From: Octopus vulgaris
Taxonomy: Eukaryota
DNA length: 64,000 nucleotides
Assembly (NCBI GenBank): GCA_951406725.2
Contig: OX597836.1
Coordinates: 2,418,001-2,482,000 of the forward strand
Direction of reading: 5' to 3'
Both the position numbers and the translations under genes were made by a program. Below the pieces are notes generated by a model. That model did not search any database, was not told the DNA's origin, and was given only the letters and a program-made list of their open reading frames with translations. Of the stretch, positions 42,816 to 56,797 are shown in pieces. Positions within the stretch are counted from its first letter, which is position 1. Each line of letters starts with the position of its first letter.

Positions 42816-43073
42816 AGATAGAGTTGTATGCATAGGCAGCTATGTAAGTTTGTGTGCACAATGTTCATATGCATGTGTTTGTGTGTGTTGTGTGTGTGTG
42901 TATGTGTGTGCGTGTGTGTTTGTGTATTTATATATAAATATCAATTTGCAATATCGTAAACATGCATTATTAACCTTACATGTTAACCTTCCGTTGGTTC
43001 ACACGAACAGCCATCTATAACCAACAGCCTTTAGTATATACGTACCTCGTAACGTTGGTGGCTTTATACATAT

Positions 43074-43123
<50 letters not shown>

Positions 43124-43535
43124 CATATATAATGCACATATTTGACAACAGTTAGTTTCAAATATATTTCTGTTTGAACCTTTCATAACTAGAAGCTAAC
43201 CACCCATAAATTACATTATAGCATTCATTCAAAGACCGTTTTCTATAGATTCAGATTTAGAGATATTTATTTGCCAATGCAGACAGTTATTTCTTATCTT
43301 TGATAGCGTCCAACCAGAAATGTAATCATAGATGTATTGATTTTTGTCAAGGTAGCGTCAAATTGGTGACTTTGTGTACTAAAAAAAAACAGCCATGTCT
43401 CTAATAACTCACAGCATGTCGACACCAAAAATAGAAGAACTCTTGAGACAAAGTAATTCCTTAGACAATACGAAATTTAGGCAAAGTTGTGGTGTGACTT
43501 CGGGTAGATTTGCCTTCTATTTCTCACGTATTATC

Positions 43536-43748
43536 AAGGCATTGAACTAGCAGAATAGTTTGTACACCGACCAAAACGCTTAGCGGAATTTCGTCTATGT
43601 TTACCTTCTGTGCTTAGATACCAGATATGTCGACTTTGCTTTCTTTCCTTTAGGATAAAATACATACCAGGAAATTCCTTTGAGGGTCGACGTAATCTAA
43701 TTTCCATTCCCCTCAAAAACTGATGGCCATGTTCCAAAATTAGAAACC
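43536..43748 (+). mobile_element. Degenerate SINE family A
   Basis: aactagcagaatagtt...gcttagcggaatttcgtct...gtcgactttgctttctttcctttaggataaaa. Confidence 0.7.
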
Positions 43749-44816
43749 GCTATCTCTTGTCTCAGACAATCATTTTTGTAGATGATCTTGCAATAACCGT
43801 TTTGGTTTAGGTTATTGATTTTGCTGCAGATCACATTAATATAGTTCAGTTCATTCTAGATCTGAAATATCTACGATCGATCAAAATTACGGAGTGTATG
43901 TCCTTCAATACTTAGCCGGTTCTGATTTGATACAAATTAGCTTACTTCTAGTAAGCGCGGAGTCTGAGCATTTGTTTACATCCCAATCTGATTGCTGTTA
44001 TTGTTTCTCGTATTTGAATCGTCATCTACTAATCGTATTGCCATAATATATCTTACGTGACCATCCTGCCTTTGACTAATGCCATATATCCTATATTTAT
44101 CCCAGCTTCCATCGGTGTATGAACCTTCCTTTAGACAATAGTGTTTGGTGTTTTCTGTAGGCTGCTACCAAATTTAATGAGTCACACATTCAAATTGATA
44201 TTCCACTCCATTGGATTCGTTCAATTGATTTTTTTAATGAAGTCTACATTACAGAAAGATTAATTTTACTTTGATTTCTAATTTCTCAAACGGTGAGTTG
44301 TCGTTTAAGGCTTCTTTCTAGCAGCCAGGACGATTATATAGAAAGGCTAGCTGGTTCTTTCGTCCGATTATTCGTTTAGCTCGTTAGCTTGTTATTTCAT
44401 GTACTCTCAAATATCAGTAAGTAAGTTTGTATGTTTACGTAAGGTCAGCCAGTAGTTGAGTCGGTATAATCAAAGAAATACGATACGATGTTTGAAATAA
44501 ATGTCAAGAGAGAAAGGAAAAGAGAAGATATCTTGACTGAAATGTTGGGTCTGGTTTCTAATAGGTTAATTAGAGATCTAAAGTGTTTGTATTTGGAGGT
44601 AAACTACGTGACAAAGGTTAAAGATAAATGTTATGTTCGTGGTTGTCTTAGGGGTTGGGGAAGGCAATGATGGGATACAAATAGGATATATATGAACACA
44701 GACTTTAGAAAGGTGTCTATCAATTTTACATATAATTTTCACTTGGACGGTTTTTATATCCCTCATCTTCACCGTTTAAATCTATTCCACCATTATCTCT
44801 CAACATCTTTCCCTCC

Positions 44817-44850
<34 letters not shown>

Positions 44851-44925
44851 ATAAATATCTCAAATCATAAGTATGTATGTATATACAAACACACACACAC
44901 ACATATATATATACATATATCATGT

Positions 44926-44966
<41 letters not shown>

Positions 44967-47900
44967 CATATATCATGTTTTATGTTATATATATGTATGT
45001 GGTGGGAGAGTATGCCTGCGTGTGTGTGTGTGTATTTGCGTGTCTGTGTGTGAGTGTGCGAGACTGTGAGCATATATATTCTACATCTCAGATAACCTGG
45101 TAACGAGATTCAACTGATGCGTGTAGACCAGACCGGAAGAGTAAATTATGCCCACATGTAGATTGTTGATACGTATACACGCACACAAATTCACAAATCA
45201 CACACACACACACACAAACACACACATGCGTGCAGGCGTAAATATGAATATGTGTGTATGTATGTATGTATGTATGTATGTATGTATGTATGTATGTATG
45301 TATGTATGTGTGTATGTATGTATTATGCATGTATGTATTATGCATGTATGTGTTAATGTACATGAAACCTTAATAGTATTACACTGTAGACAAGACTTAT
45401 GCGTTTTCAAGTAGAGTAAAAACAGTTTTTTATTCCCCAAAATATCCAGAAAGAAAGTTAAGTGTGAGCGGCTTTTATCAAAGGAACATCTGTTTACTCA
45501 GGTTTCATATGGTGTTAACACGTAGCTGTAGCAAACTTGACGTCGTTAGATGGAGCAGGTGTCATTATCAACTGATATCAACGCAATTGGCTGCATCCGT
45601 TAAGTGAAGCGAGTACGAATAATTTCATCGATGTATTTTAGGAATCTTGTCAACCTATCAGCAGACATTTCTTTTCCGACGGCCTATCACAATAAAAAAT
45701 ATTTGGTGTGTTCGTCACAATCACATTCTTTAAATAGATTTGTATGTCTTTCCTGGACAGAAACACATCAAAGAACTCTGAAAGGTGCGACAATGATTGG
45801 TTGTACACGTCCGTCTCTTCTGTGGATATTCCACAACTCTGGTATAATTACCCAGGTTTTCTATATAAGCTTTAGGATTTGGGGATATAAAATGTCGAAG
45901 GTGAACTATGATGATCATAAGTTGAACAAATGCAAATGTCAACAGGAATATGCATTATGTTTCGGCTAAATGGTTTTTGATAACTAGATCCACTGCAATC
46001 CATTAATTCTTTATAAACTTTGCAAATTATGCAGTTACCTCTTACATCATACTTTATTAAATATATCTGATCATTTCTGGTGAAATTATTTGGCGTTGTT
46101 TTGCAGTCAGTAAGCTTAAAGAATTCTTCCTCTTTTTTCTTTATTCCAGTCCACATTCTTCAATTTTCTGTAGATTTAGCAGGATATTACGAACCACACA
46201 TTCACATTTTACTATTTAATTCTCTAATAATTTCAGCTTTTGTTTCACCGAAGACTCTTTTATACCAATTTGTCTTAACTTGCTCTAAAATTACCAAACA
46301 TTTATAGTTTTTTTGGTTCTTGTTTGGGGAATTCACTTGCGATAGGTATCTATTTCCATTAGTTTTCCATTATTCATTACAAGACATTTTATAAAACATT
46401 TCTACTTGCACAAGACCGTTTCCCCTTTGATTTCATGGTACATATAACAGTCACACATTGTCTTTTGTTATATTCTAAATTCAGTAATGATTTTAATGGT
46501 TTGCCTGTCTTGTCATACTAATTCACTTAGCGCCCAGTGGAGAATAATATAAGACTAACGTATTATTTGGACAACGAAATTAATGATACCCATTATCTTA
46601 TTTTCTTCATTTAACTCTGTCTCACGCATTAAACTTGTAGGTCAATAACATTCGTTTTTAAGCTTCCATTTATGTAGTCCGTTAAGCTAATCGCTGAAAC
46701 CTAATATGTGTGTGTTTGGTAGAATTACTTTAACTCTGTTTCTTTATCTAACAAGATATTCGTGTTTTTATTAGGTTTCCCATCTCAAAGATTTTTTCTA
46801 AACTAAATTGCATAAAAATTCCTCTCATGTATACATGTACACATTGTAACATTGATTTTCCATTTATTTATTTACTGTTCTGAATAGTCTGGAGATATCT
46901 GTAAAAAGAAATGGTGTTTGGTTCACTGAGAGATGTCGTATCCGATTTCCTTGCGGTTTCGAATGTTAGCAAAATGTGTAAACACAAGTCTGAAAATGAA
47001 TGGAAAAAAAGATATTCACTTCCTTAAAGGAATACGATTTTCTTTCTTTACTACAGACACCTGTCTTCGGTTCCCCAACGCTTATTCATAAAAGTGTTTC
47101 ATGTACCTGCATATTAATGGTGTTGTCTTTCCCGATGCTAAATTTGCAACAATTTCACGTCAATTTCACCGAAAAATCAGTCATATATTGTAATCGCAGG
47201 CTTCCTGGAAAACTGGAGGTGAATGGTGGGAGTGCCCAAAAACAAAATGAAGGGAACTTCTATTCAGGCAAGACTTAGACCTACCATAGTTTTGGGTATT
47301 GCTGTATTTGTTTTTATAGAACGTTGAGCGTTCACTGTTTGTGTTATGTATAATGTGACGTAATCGGATTGCACTGAAGTAGAAGGAAGTCAGATGCGTT
47401 GTTGGCGAAAATCATTAATATTTGTATTATTTTATTGAATGATTATTACATAGAGGACATTGCTTCGCTGTTTAGATCGATTACAGGATTGTGATTCTTT
47501 AGAGTATATATTATTGGATCTGATGAGAAATCTCTTACGTAGGATGTGATTTAGGTTGATCTTTATCATATCCAACCCTATAATTCTCATTGATTTAGTT
47601 TTCAATATCATGGCCCAGATCTTTCTTATATCTATGTAAAAATCCTTGGCCTTTCGTAGATTTTAGGCTTCCTTTCGCGTTAACAATTGATCAAAATGGA
47701 ACGAAATTTTGTTCCCTCCTCTAATAATTGTATCTGATTTATTTGATCCTTTGGTCTCTTTGGACAAGCACTTCCAATCTTTCTGTGTCCGCATAGTTGT
47801 CATGTACTAAATTCGATATAAATCTGTTAATTCTCAGCATTTATGCCTCAATTTTGATATAATGTTCAATTAGTGAATATGAATGTGCACTAGATACACA

Positions 47901-48276
47901 GCAACTCCGTAGACAGAAGCAATGTTATCACGTAGTTCTTTATCATATCAATAGAATCCATTATTTAGATTTGATGTTCGATCTTATTTTATTATTTATT
48001 TATCATTGCTAGTCATTTAAGGTTAGGTATTAATTCTGGGCAAAAGAAATTAGGAATCCCATTATATTCTTTATTATACTCCCGAGATTTCTCAAATACG
48101 ATCTCTTCCTCTTTGCCGAGTTTGTGTAATCATTACTCTTTTAGTTTTCCTCGGCGTTTCTCTCTAATTTATTTCGGAATTCTATTCTGATATCGGCCAT
48201 TTTCCTTTATTTGCCTTTAAATGCTTTTTCCTGATTACATTTAGAATCTAATATTTCTTTCATTACATAGAAAATC

Positions 48277-48601
48277 AGAGATATATTATTGCTTTTTTAC
48301 ACTTTTTCGAGATTGATGAGGAAACGTCACTGGAAAAAGGATATATGTATTTGCATTTGAACCCTTCGTATCGAAGACCGGTGATTGTCGTGCACTGATG
48401 ACGGGTAAATATTCAGAAACCGGGTCCGTGCGCATCACGTCAGGTCGACGATGGGAAGGATGGCTTCCCTTTGCAAATACCGATAGGGCACAGAAAGTGT
48501 GTCAATAGCCAGCTGGAGAAGATGTTCTCCTAGGACTACAAGCTACAGTAGCATCCACCATTAGTGATCAGCCATATTTAAATGCAAATATACTTCACAA
48601 T
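48277..48601 (+). mobile_element. Hammerhead-containing non-coding repeat (family H), copy 2
   Basis: Colinear with 20826-21149 (cagagat..actttttc..cactggaa..tatatgtatttg..gtgattgtc..ctgatga..gatagggcaca..atagccagctggag..ctacagtagcatccacc..agccatatt). Confidence 0.75.
48381..48438 (+). ncRNA. Type I hammerhead ribozyme motif, partly decayed
   Basis: gtgat-tgt-cgtgca CTGATGA c-gggt-aaat-attc-a GAAA ccggg TC cgtgcg-c-atcac. Cores are intact; stems are weakened by G-U pairs and one A-C mismatch. Confidence 0.65.
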
Positions 48602-48965
48602 GTGGTGTAGTTACTGTTTATACCACGTTCAGAGATTTTTTATTTTATTTTTTAATCATCTCGTATCACAGTATATAGCTTCCTTCTCAGTAGTCTTAGT
48701 ATTTCTTCGTCACCTGTTGTTACATTGAACTAATTTTCGATTTTAATACATCTCTTCCAAACCACGGGCAATAAAAATATATTTGATTAATATCAGTTGG
48801 GTGCCGGCGTTCTTATCACTTAATATTGTCTCTCCGAGTTAGTCACTTCTATTAACTTCTAACACATTTCATTGAAACTGCAATTTATAAAATCTATCGC
48901 TGAACTATTTACATCAAACGACATTTTATAGTTTTCAATTTAGTTTCTGATATCACTCTGTCGCA

Positions 48966-49211
48966 TCTTTTATCTTTTAGTTTCTCCGTCATTCGACTGC
49001 GGCCATGCTGGAGCATCGCATTGAATAGTTAGTCGAATGAATCGCCCCGAGGGTTTACCGTTAAATCCTAGTACTTATTATATCAGTCTCTTTTGCCAAA
49101 ACTCTGTGTTACAGGGATGAAAACACACCTACCCCTCTTGACAAGCGGTGGAGGAGACAGATACAGACAGAAAAGTACACTCACATAGATACACAAACAC
49201 ACACACACATG

Positions 49212-49275
<64 letters not shown>

Positions 49276-49410
49276 CGACAGGCTTCTTTCAGTTTCTGTC
49301 TAAAACATCCACTCACATGTTTATAATCCAAAACATTCGCCCAATTCGGAACTGAACCCGGAACCATGTGGTTAGGAGCAAGCTTCGAACCTCACAGTCA
49401 CTCCTGCACC
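48966..49410 (-). mobile_element. SINE family B with internal microsatellite
   Basis: Tail gactgcggccatgctggagc, then (TA)n(TG)n, then head cgacaggcttctttcagtttc...ggactgaacccggaaccatgtgg...cacagtcactcctgc. Confidence 0.85.
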
Positions 49411-49458
49411 AGTATATATATATATACATACATACATATATATGTATATATATATTTC

Positions 49459-49522
<64 letters not shown>

Positions 49523-49637
49523 TATGTATGTATATATATATACATACATATATATATATATGTTTCGGTTAAACGAATTTTCCATGCTGACGATAAACAT
49601 AGGATAATTCATTCACCTACTTATATATATATATTTA

Positions 49638-49670
<33 letters not shown>

Positions 49671-50191
49671 ATATATATTACTCCATTTTTTTAGTTCTAT
49701 TGTTTACTCACCCAACTTCCTCAAAACACTGAGGCTTTCCTCTAATGTCTACATTTCAGACTCTTAATGAATTTGCTTTGTATTTTAATAACATTGACGT
49801 GTCCGTGTATCTCCGTATCTATTTGTGTATCCTGCACAAAAAAAGGACAGCTGTTAGTAGAACGGCAAATGTTTATTGACCCCATAAATAGTTTAATCTG
49901 TGCATAGAAAGTTGAAAGTTCATAATAAGTCCATACAATTTATAAACAAAACTAATTTCGTTTTCAGTAGATTTTTAAATGAAATCATAACAAGAGATAA
50001 TCAGTCTCACTGGCTGAAAGTCTCATCCAGTTATGGTCAAAAGGGTGGCATTAATCAACTACATTTTATCTTCGAGTGACAGAATTGTTGTTCATATTTG
50101 ACATTTTAACACGGCCTATATTTTTGATAGAAAATTATTTAATTATGGCGTGTGCTTGTATAAGGTTAGAGATCGATGATGCTCTGTCCCT

Positions 50192-50267
<76 letters not shown>

Positions 50268-50282
50268 ATAGATAGAAATATA

Positions 50283-50319
<37 letters not shown>

Positions 50320-50545
50320 ATATATGTACGTATACATACATATATGTATATACATGTATATCAATACATATCTATATACATATATATATATGTGTGTGTG
50401 TATATGCATATATATATACATGAATCTAGACATATATCGATTATGTGCATCTGCATATATTCATATTTGTGTGAGCGTGTGTATGTGTGTGTGTGTCTAA
50501 TCATGGGTACACGAGGGTATAAAGTATGATTTTTATCTTCATAGT

Positions 50546-50550
50546 TTCTT

Positions 50551-50634
<84 letters not shown>

Positions 50635-50760
50635 GCTAGTAGTAGTAGTAGTAGTAGCAGCAGCAGTAGCAGTTGTTGTAGTAGTAGAAATTGTCTTAGT
50701 AGTTGCTGTTGTTGTTGTTGTTGTTGTTGTTGTAGAAGGAGGAGGAGGAGGTGGTATCAT
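50546..50760. repeat. Compound trinucleotide array (CTT)(ATT)(AGT)(GTT)(GGA)
   Basis: Read directly. Confidence 0.9.
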
Positions 50761-51338
50761 ATCATCAGCAGGACGAGCAGGAGTGACAACATACCCGCGC
50801 ACCCGATAGTTTTATTGATGTACCTCGAAATCCACCGTTAATAACAATTTTTCCTTTCTTAAATCCTAAACAATTACCTTCATCTTCAGACAAACATACA
50901 AAACAATCATAAGGGTTAGCAAATGCCTCCACGAGAAATCCCAAACAATATTTACCGATCCTACAATTGCTATTTTCTACAGGCTGCTATTATCGTCATT
51001 AATTAATATTATTGTTTAAATATTGGTATTTTCGCATGCTCTTTCATCAGCTATACATTTAATAAAATTTTTCCACATTCATCCGTGACATTATACATCA
51101 TCATTAATCTCTCTGTAGCTACTAATTGCATTTTAATTCATATTTCATACATCAAATCTAATTATGATATCAGTTTGTTAATTAAAATATCCGAATTGAT
51201 AGAGTTTTGACAGAATACGATAAATCAGTTTCGTTTTTGCGTGATTCAAAGAGATTCATATTGGTAATTGCATGTCTTCAAGTAAGCATTTGTGCATAGA
51301 AAGGCGTATATGTACGCAGAAATGTTTGTACAAGTATG

Positions 51339-51409
<71 letters not shown>

Positions 51410-51584
51410 TATACATATATATATACATATATATATACATATATATATATACATACATATATAAATACATATATACATATATATACATATATACATACAT
51501 TTACATAAATACGTAAACATACATACATATACGTACATATACATAGACATTTATACATTAATACATGTGCTCACAGGCTCAAAC

Positions 51585-51643
<59 letters not shown>

Positions 51644-51649
51644 TACATA

Positions 51650-51706
<57 letters not shown>

Positions 51707-51816
51707 CACATAATTATATGTGCATGCGTGTATGCATGTATGTATATGTATATATACGTATATATATATATATATATATATTTACATATAATATTATATA
51801 ATATATATGTGTCTGC

Positions 51817-51854
<38 letters not shown>

Positions 51855-52292
51855 GTATACACACACAGACACATATATATTATATAATATTATATGTACA
51901 TATAAATATATTTGTATATATTCAACTATGTAAGAGGCGTATGTACATCCATGCATCTGGATAGGGTTAAAGAGAAATCTATGTGTGTGCTTCTTTGGTA
52001 TGTATCTTGGAGATCCACCTCTTGAATGAAGAGGAGCGGGTGTTGTAGAAATTTGATTAACAATGGCTTAAATTGACGGATTTGAAGGTATTGAAAGCCA
52101 TCGGCATACACACAATAGACACTGAGCTGATTACAAAGATCCATTTCCCTACATACATACATACATACATACATACACACATACACAAATTTATATAAGT
52201 ATAACTTTGGACCTCCAAAGTACAACTGTTCTAATTGAACTCAACCTTTTACACATACACACATATATATATATATACAAATATATATAAAG

Positions 52293-52335
<43 letters not shown>

Positions 52336-52355
52336 TATATATATATATATGTGTG

Positions 52356-52404
<49 letters not shown>

Positions 52405-55400
52405 ATAGTGTGTGTGTTTGTATATATATATATGTATATATATATGCACACACACATATATATGTGTTCAAGGCGAGAAAGAGAAACGAAGATAGGGAGA
52501 GAGAGAGAAAGGCGGTGTGACAGAGAAAATAAAGGTAATTCTGGCACAGTGCAATGGGGGGGGGTTGCTTTTAGATACATAGTTGACAGATAATTTGATT
52601 GATTAAACGACTGTTCGATATATTGATTAATTGATTGATTGATTGATTAATTGATTGTTTGATTGACTTATTGATTGAGTGATGAATGGATGGATTGTTT
52701 TGAATGTGCGGTTTGGAGTGATAAAAAACCCCAAATAAAACACTTCAGCTACATTTCCTGCAGTGATATTTTAGTCTTTTGTAAACGGAACTTTTTTTCT
52801 GGATGAAAAAATACTGACACCGTGAATTAACTTAGAAATCCATTCGCCTGATTAATTAAGAAATTTCATCGATGAATACATATGAAGTTACAAAAAGTCG
52901 TAAAAAGATAATTTTTTTCCTTTAAATTTATTTCACAAGTATTTAGCTGTTATTGCAGTAGACATTGTATTACTCTTGGCTTTCGTCAATATGTCTGTTT
53001 CACCATGGCAACAGTTTATTTTTCTTAGTGTCGAGAGTTAGTTTCACACAACCCCACTTCAACAATTAATAAAAAAATATACGTTGGGGAATCGGAAATT
53101 TATCACCTTTTCGTTGCTACCTCTGGCAAAATTCGTATCCAATGGAATATGGTCATTTATTCTTTGTTTTGTGAAAAATCCAGCTGAGAAACGGTGACCA
53201 AACATACTCACTACGATGCAGTTGCTGCTAGTATCGCAGATACATTGCATGTCTGCACAACATGGGCCATCGCATTAAGGTATTCCAGTTCCGCCAGATA
53301 TGCACAACTGCAGAACATAACAATCAGACGGCATTATTTAGGAGAGTCGAATTAATCAGGACCCACTCTGCCCGATTGTTTTCTTTCTGTGCAGGTGAGG
53401 GTGAGACTGAGTCTGCTGAACGTCACCTATTCACAGATAATCCCCACTTAGAGATCTGGATGAAACCAGAGATTATGCTCTTTTAAAGACCCGTCTTCCG
53501 AGCGTCACGCGGTGATGTTGTTTTGTGTGGACTCGCATCTTTATTTGCCCAGTTGCAAATCCACTGACTTTCCTTGGTTGATTTCTTTAAAATTCGTCCC
53601 TCCTTATTGCAGTGATGATCACTTCAGTACAAATGGCGCCATGTTTTTGTTACTTTAAGGACTTTTGTGTTTGCCGGTGTGATGTGTTGGGGTGATAATA
53701 TCGCTCTTAATATATTATAACTGCTGACTGTATGTGATTCATTATTTTAATGCAAGACATATGTAGAGACACCCTTCCATTGAAAGAAGGAAAATACGGC
53801 AACTTTCGTGGCTGTCCTTTCCTTTGTAAACCCTTAAAACAATGGGATTTTGTATTCCTCAACATAGTCACTCCATCGTCATTGATATTTATAATATTTA
53901 CAATTAATATTTTTAACATACATTTCTGTCCAGTCGCTTGTATAACATCATATCATCTCTGCGCTTATTCTCCATATGTTTTCTTTTAGAAATATTTTCG
54001 CATCTGAAAATCTTTTCCAGAAGGTTTGCTTATGTTACTCGTGTTACTGCACTCATCGATATTGCAAGCACCTCTTATTGCTACTTCTTACGTGGCTGTC
54101 TTCGACGAATACTGCAAATAACAAATGGAAGAAATTTCTATATTTAACAGTACAATGTTTCGTCGAAATTACATTCCACCCAAGGGAAACGTAACAATTA
54201 TCAAATACACCTTTCGATTATTTTTATTTGGTAAACCTACGAGAATTTCATTTTATCACCGGAGATCAGACAGTGACATCTTTTCGCTTGAATATCCATA
54301 TATACTGTAATTGTTAGAGCACATTTGAAATAATATACTCAAAACATTTTAGTTGATATCTAATGTATATAACATCTAAATATGTACGCATGTATATGGG
54401 AAAAATATATTTGTTTCACGATACACAGAAGAAATATGTGTAACAAAGTAGAAAGTTGTAAGTACGTAATTGAGGACCAGAACAAGGATAATGTACAAAA
54501 AACGAAATATGTATGTCTGTGCGTATGTTTCTTTATGATTGTGTCTGTGTAAATGTGTGATTATGTTTGTGTGTGGTGGTGCGTGTGTGTGTGTTCACAT
54601 GTAGCTACCAGTATTAAGCAATTTTCTATTAAAATTCGATTTATAAAGAAATATATATAACTTTAAGAAAACCAATATGGCTATATCCATTCATTGTTTA
54701 TCTGGATTTTTAAAAAAATTCTTTTACATTCTCAATAAACTTAATTATTATTTATTCCAAAGAAATGCCGCCATTATTTCTTTCAATTTATATTTTTATT
54801 TTTCTCCCTAAAATTTTTTATCGAAATTTACTAAAACAATTTTTTAGTGCTTTCTTCCTGTATTTTGCATCGCAACGTTTTGTGCTATTTTAATTTTTCT
54901 ATTCTCTCTTCTCTCCAACTTTTTCGTTCTCTTTCTCTCTGTTTATATCCATATGTGCGTGTGTTTGCATATGTGTATGTGTGTATACACAGCTATACAT
55001 TCATATATATATATATATATATATATATGTAATTGTAAAACATTTATGTTACCATAAATTTTCGTAACACCTGATGACAAGTATGATGAGGGTTGTGTTC
55101 TAACGCTACTTAAACAATGGAAAACAGCTGTTAGCTGCTACACTTGAAAAGAAACAATATGACAATTGAAATTAATATAAACAAGTTAACATTACGTAAT
55201 CTTTATTTTGCTGCTTGGCATTTTGCTTTTCCTTTTCGTTTTCAATGGTTTCGTTTGAATATTTAAACTAAGTACAAAACAAAGTGTTAAATATTTTAGT
55301 GTGCGACTGAAGTTTTACTTTCCGCTTTCAAGTTAAATTTAAATGAGTTGTGACGCAAATATGGCTTGTGTAATTCCGTCAGATTAAAATCGTTTTTTTC

Positions 55401-55992
55401 CTTTACGCGTATTTCTCTTCTCTTCTTTCTTATTTAATTTCTCTTTCTTATTTTCCTGTTTCTTTCTGCTTCTCTTTATATTGCTATACCATTACATTCA
55501 CGTGCTGTTTCATTCAAACACATCCATATAGATATATTCAATTTCAGTTCACTTGTTGCTCCATACCGTGGTTTCAAGATCCTGTCTCGGTATCTGGACA
55601 AAGTCATCTACATCTACGTTAGTAACTGAAGGAGTAGCTGCATGGTAGTGAATACACATAAGGACTCCAACAAACTTTTGTACCACACAATGAACAGTGA
55701 AATTTGCGGCGTCCTACAGACAGCATTCCCTCTATTGCTCAAATATTCCCGACACAGCCTCTGAATATTTTCATGTCTACGCTAATTCATATCGGTAGAT
55801 TAATATACAGTACGAAGAAATAATGTTAGAAATCTTTTCGAAACTACTCCTATCAAACGACGAATTCACATTCAGATGCAGCATCGAAGTTTGTCAGTGA
55901 TCAGGTCGCGGTCTCAGAACGATGAAAATATTTTGGCAAATTAAGCTAGATCAAGTCACTTGCCATGTAAGTACATCTCCGTAATACCCCCC

Positions 55993-56033
<41 letters not shown>

Positions 56034-56035
56034 GA

Positions 56036-56262
56036 ACGCCATGTTGGATCGTTAGCCCCTACACGCAATTTTTTTCTCTCCTTGTTTCTTTTCTGTGTAT
56101 CTTTCTGTCGAAGAGCGTAGGCTCGAAACGTAAAAGACTTGTTTTATTTCTATTCCTGAGCGCCATACTAATACATTGTTTGTTTGTACTCAACCTGCCT
56201 TCGTCTTTTGTCTATTTTCGTAAACCTGCCTTCGTCTTGTTTTTATTTTCGTAAACCTTCCC
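56036..56262 (+). mobile_element. Solo terminal repeat (pLTR) of a Penelope-like element, in (TA)n
   Basis: Homologous to the reverse complement of 59989-60183, which is attached to a GIY-YIG ORF. (TA)n on both sides. Confidence 0.75.
56100..56137 (+). ncRNA. Minimal type I hammerhead-like motif (variant core)
   Basis: tcttt CTGTCGA a gagc-gtag-gctc GAAA cg TA aaaga. 5-bp stem I, 4-bp stem II, stem III reduced to palindromic ACGT, U in place of A6. Confidence 0.55.
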
Positions 56263-56282
56263 GTATATATATATATATATAT

Positions 56283-56355
<73 letters not shown>

Positions 56356-56797
56356 AATATTACTTTAGTAATAATATAAGTTAAAATCAATAATGATTTT
56401 AACCAAGTAGGCAGTAGGGAAAATAAAAACCTCTTGGGTAAATTTTAAAATTATTTTATAATTATATATATATATAATTATAATAATATGTTTGTTAAGC
56501 TCGGAGATTTTAAGGTAATAAAAAAGGCTGTAACGTCTATTTTTAGGAGTGCGTGGTGATGCTTTAAGCTGACCCCTTGTTATAATTATGTATATAATCA
56601 TAAAATAATTTATATATATATACTTGTATTGAAAAGACAATATAATTGGTTAAGATAAATCTAATCATAGGTCGATTATATGTAATTTGACACAACGGAA
56701 ACAGCGACAAAAGACATCAGTACAGTCAGAATGGTAAAGCGCCGAGAGAACTGGAGGTTACACATGACTGATTTTCTCGTTTGTGGATTGAAAGAGA

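Noticed and set aside
48313-48330. ttgatgaggaaacgtc as a second tandem hammerhead upstream of copy 2
   Set aside because: It lacks C3 and stem II, and the homologous position in copy 1 does not keep the motif.
51010-51054. Minus-strand CTGATGA...GAAA match
   Set aside because: Stem III is possible, but stems I and II do not form.
53200-53700. Higher-GC stretch with RWPM peptide (piggyBac-like) or a possible exon
   Set aside because: Only a four-residue match with no supporting motifs or termini.
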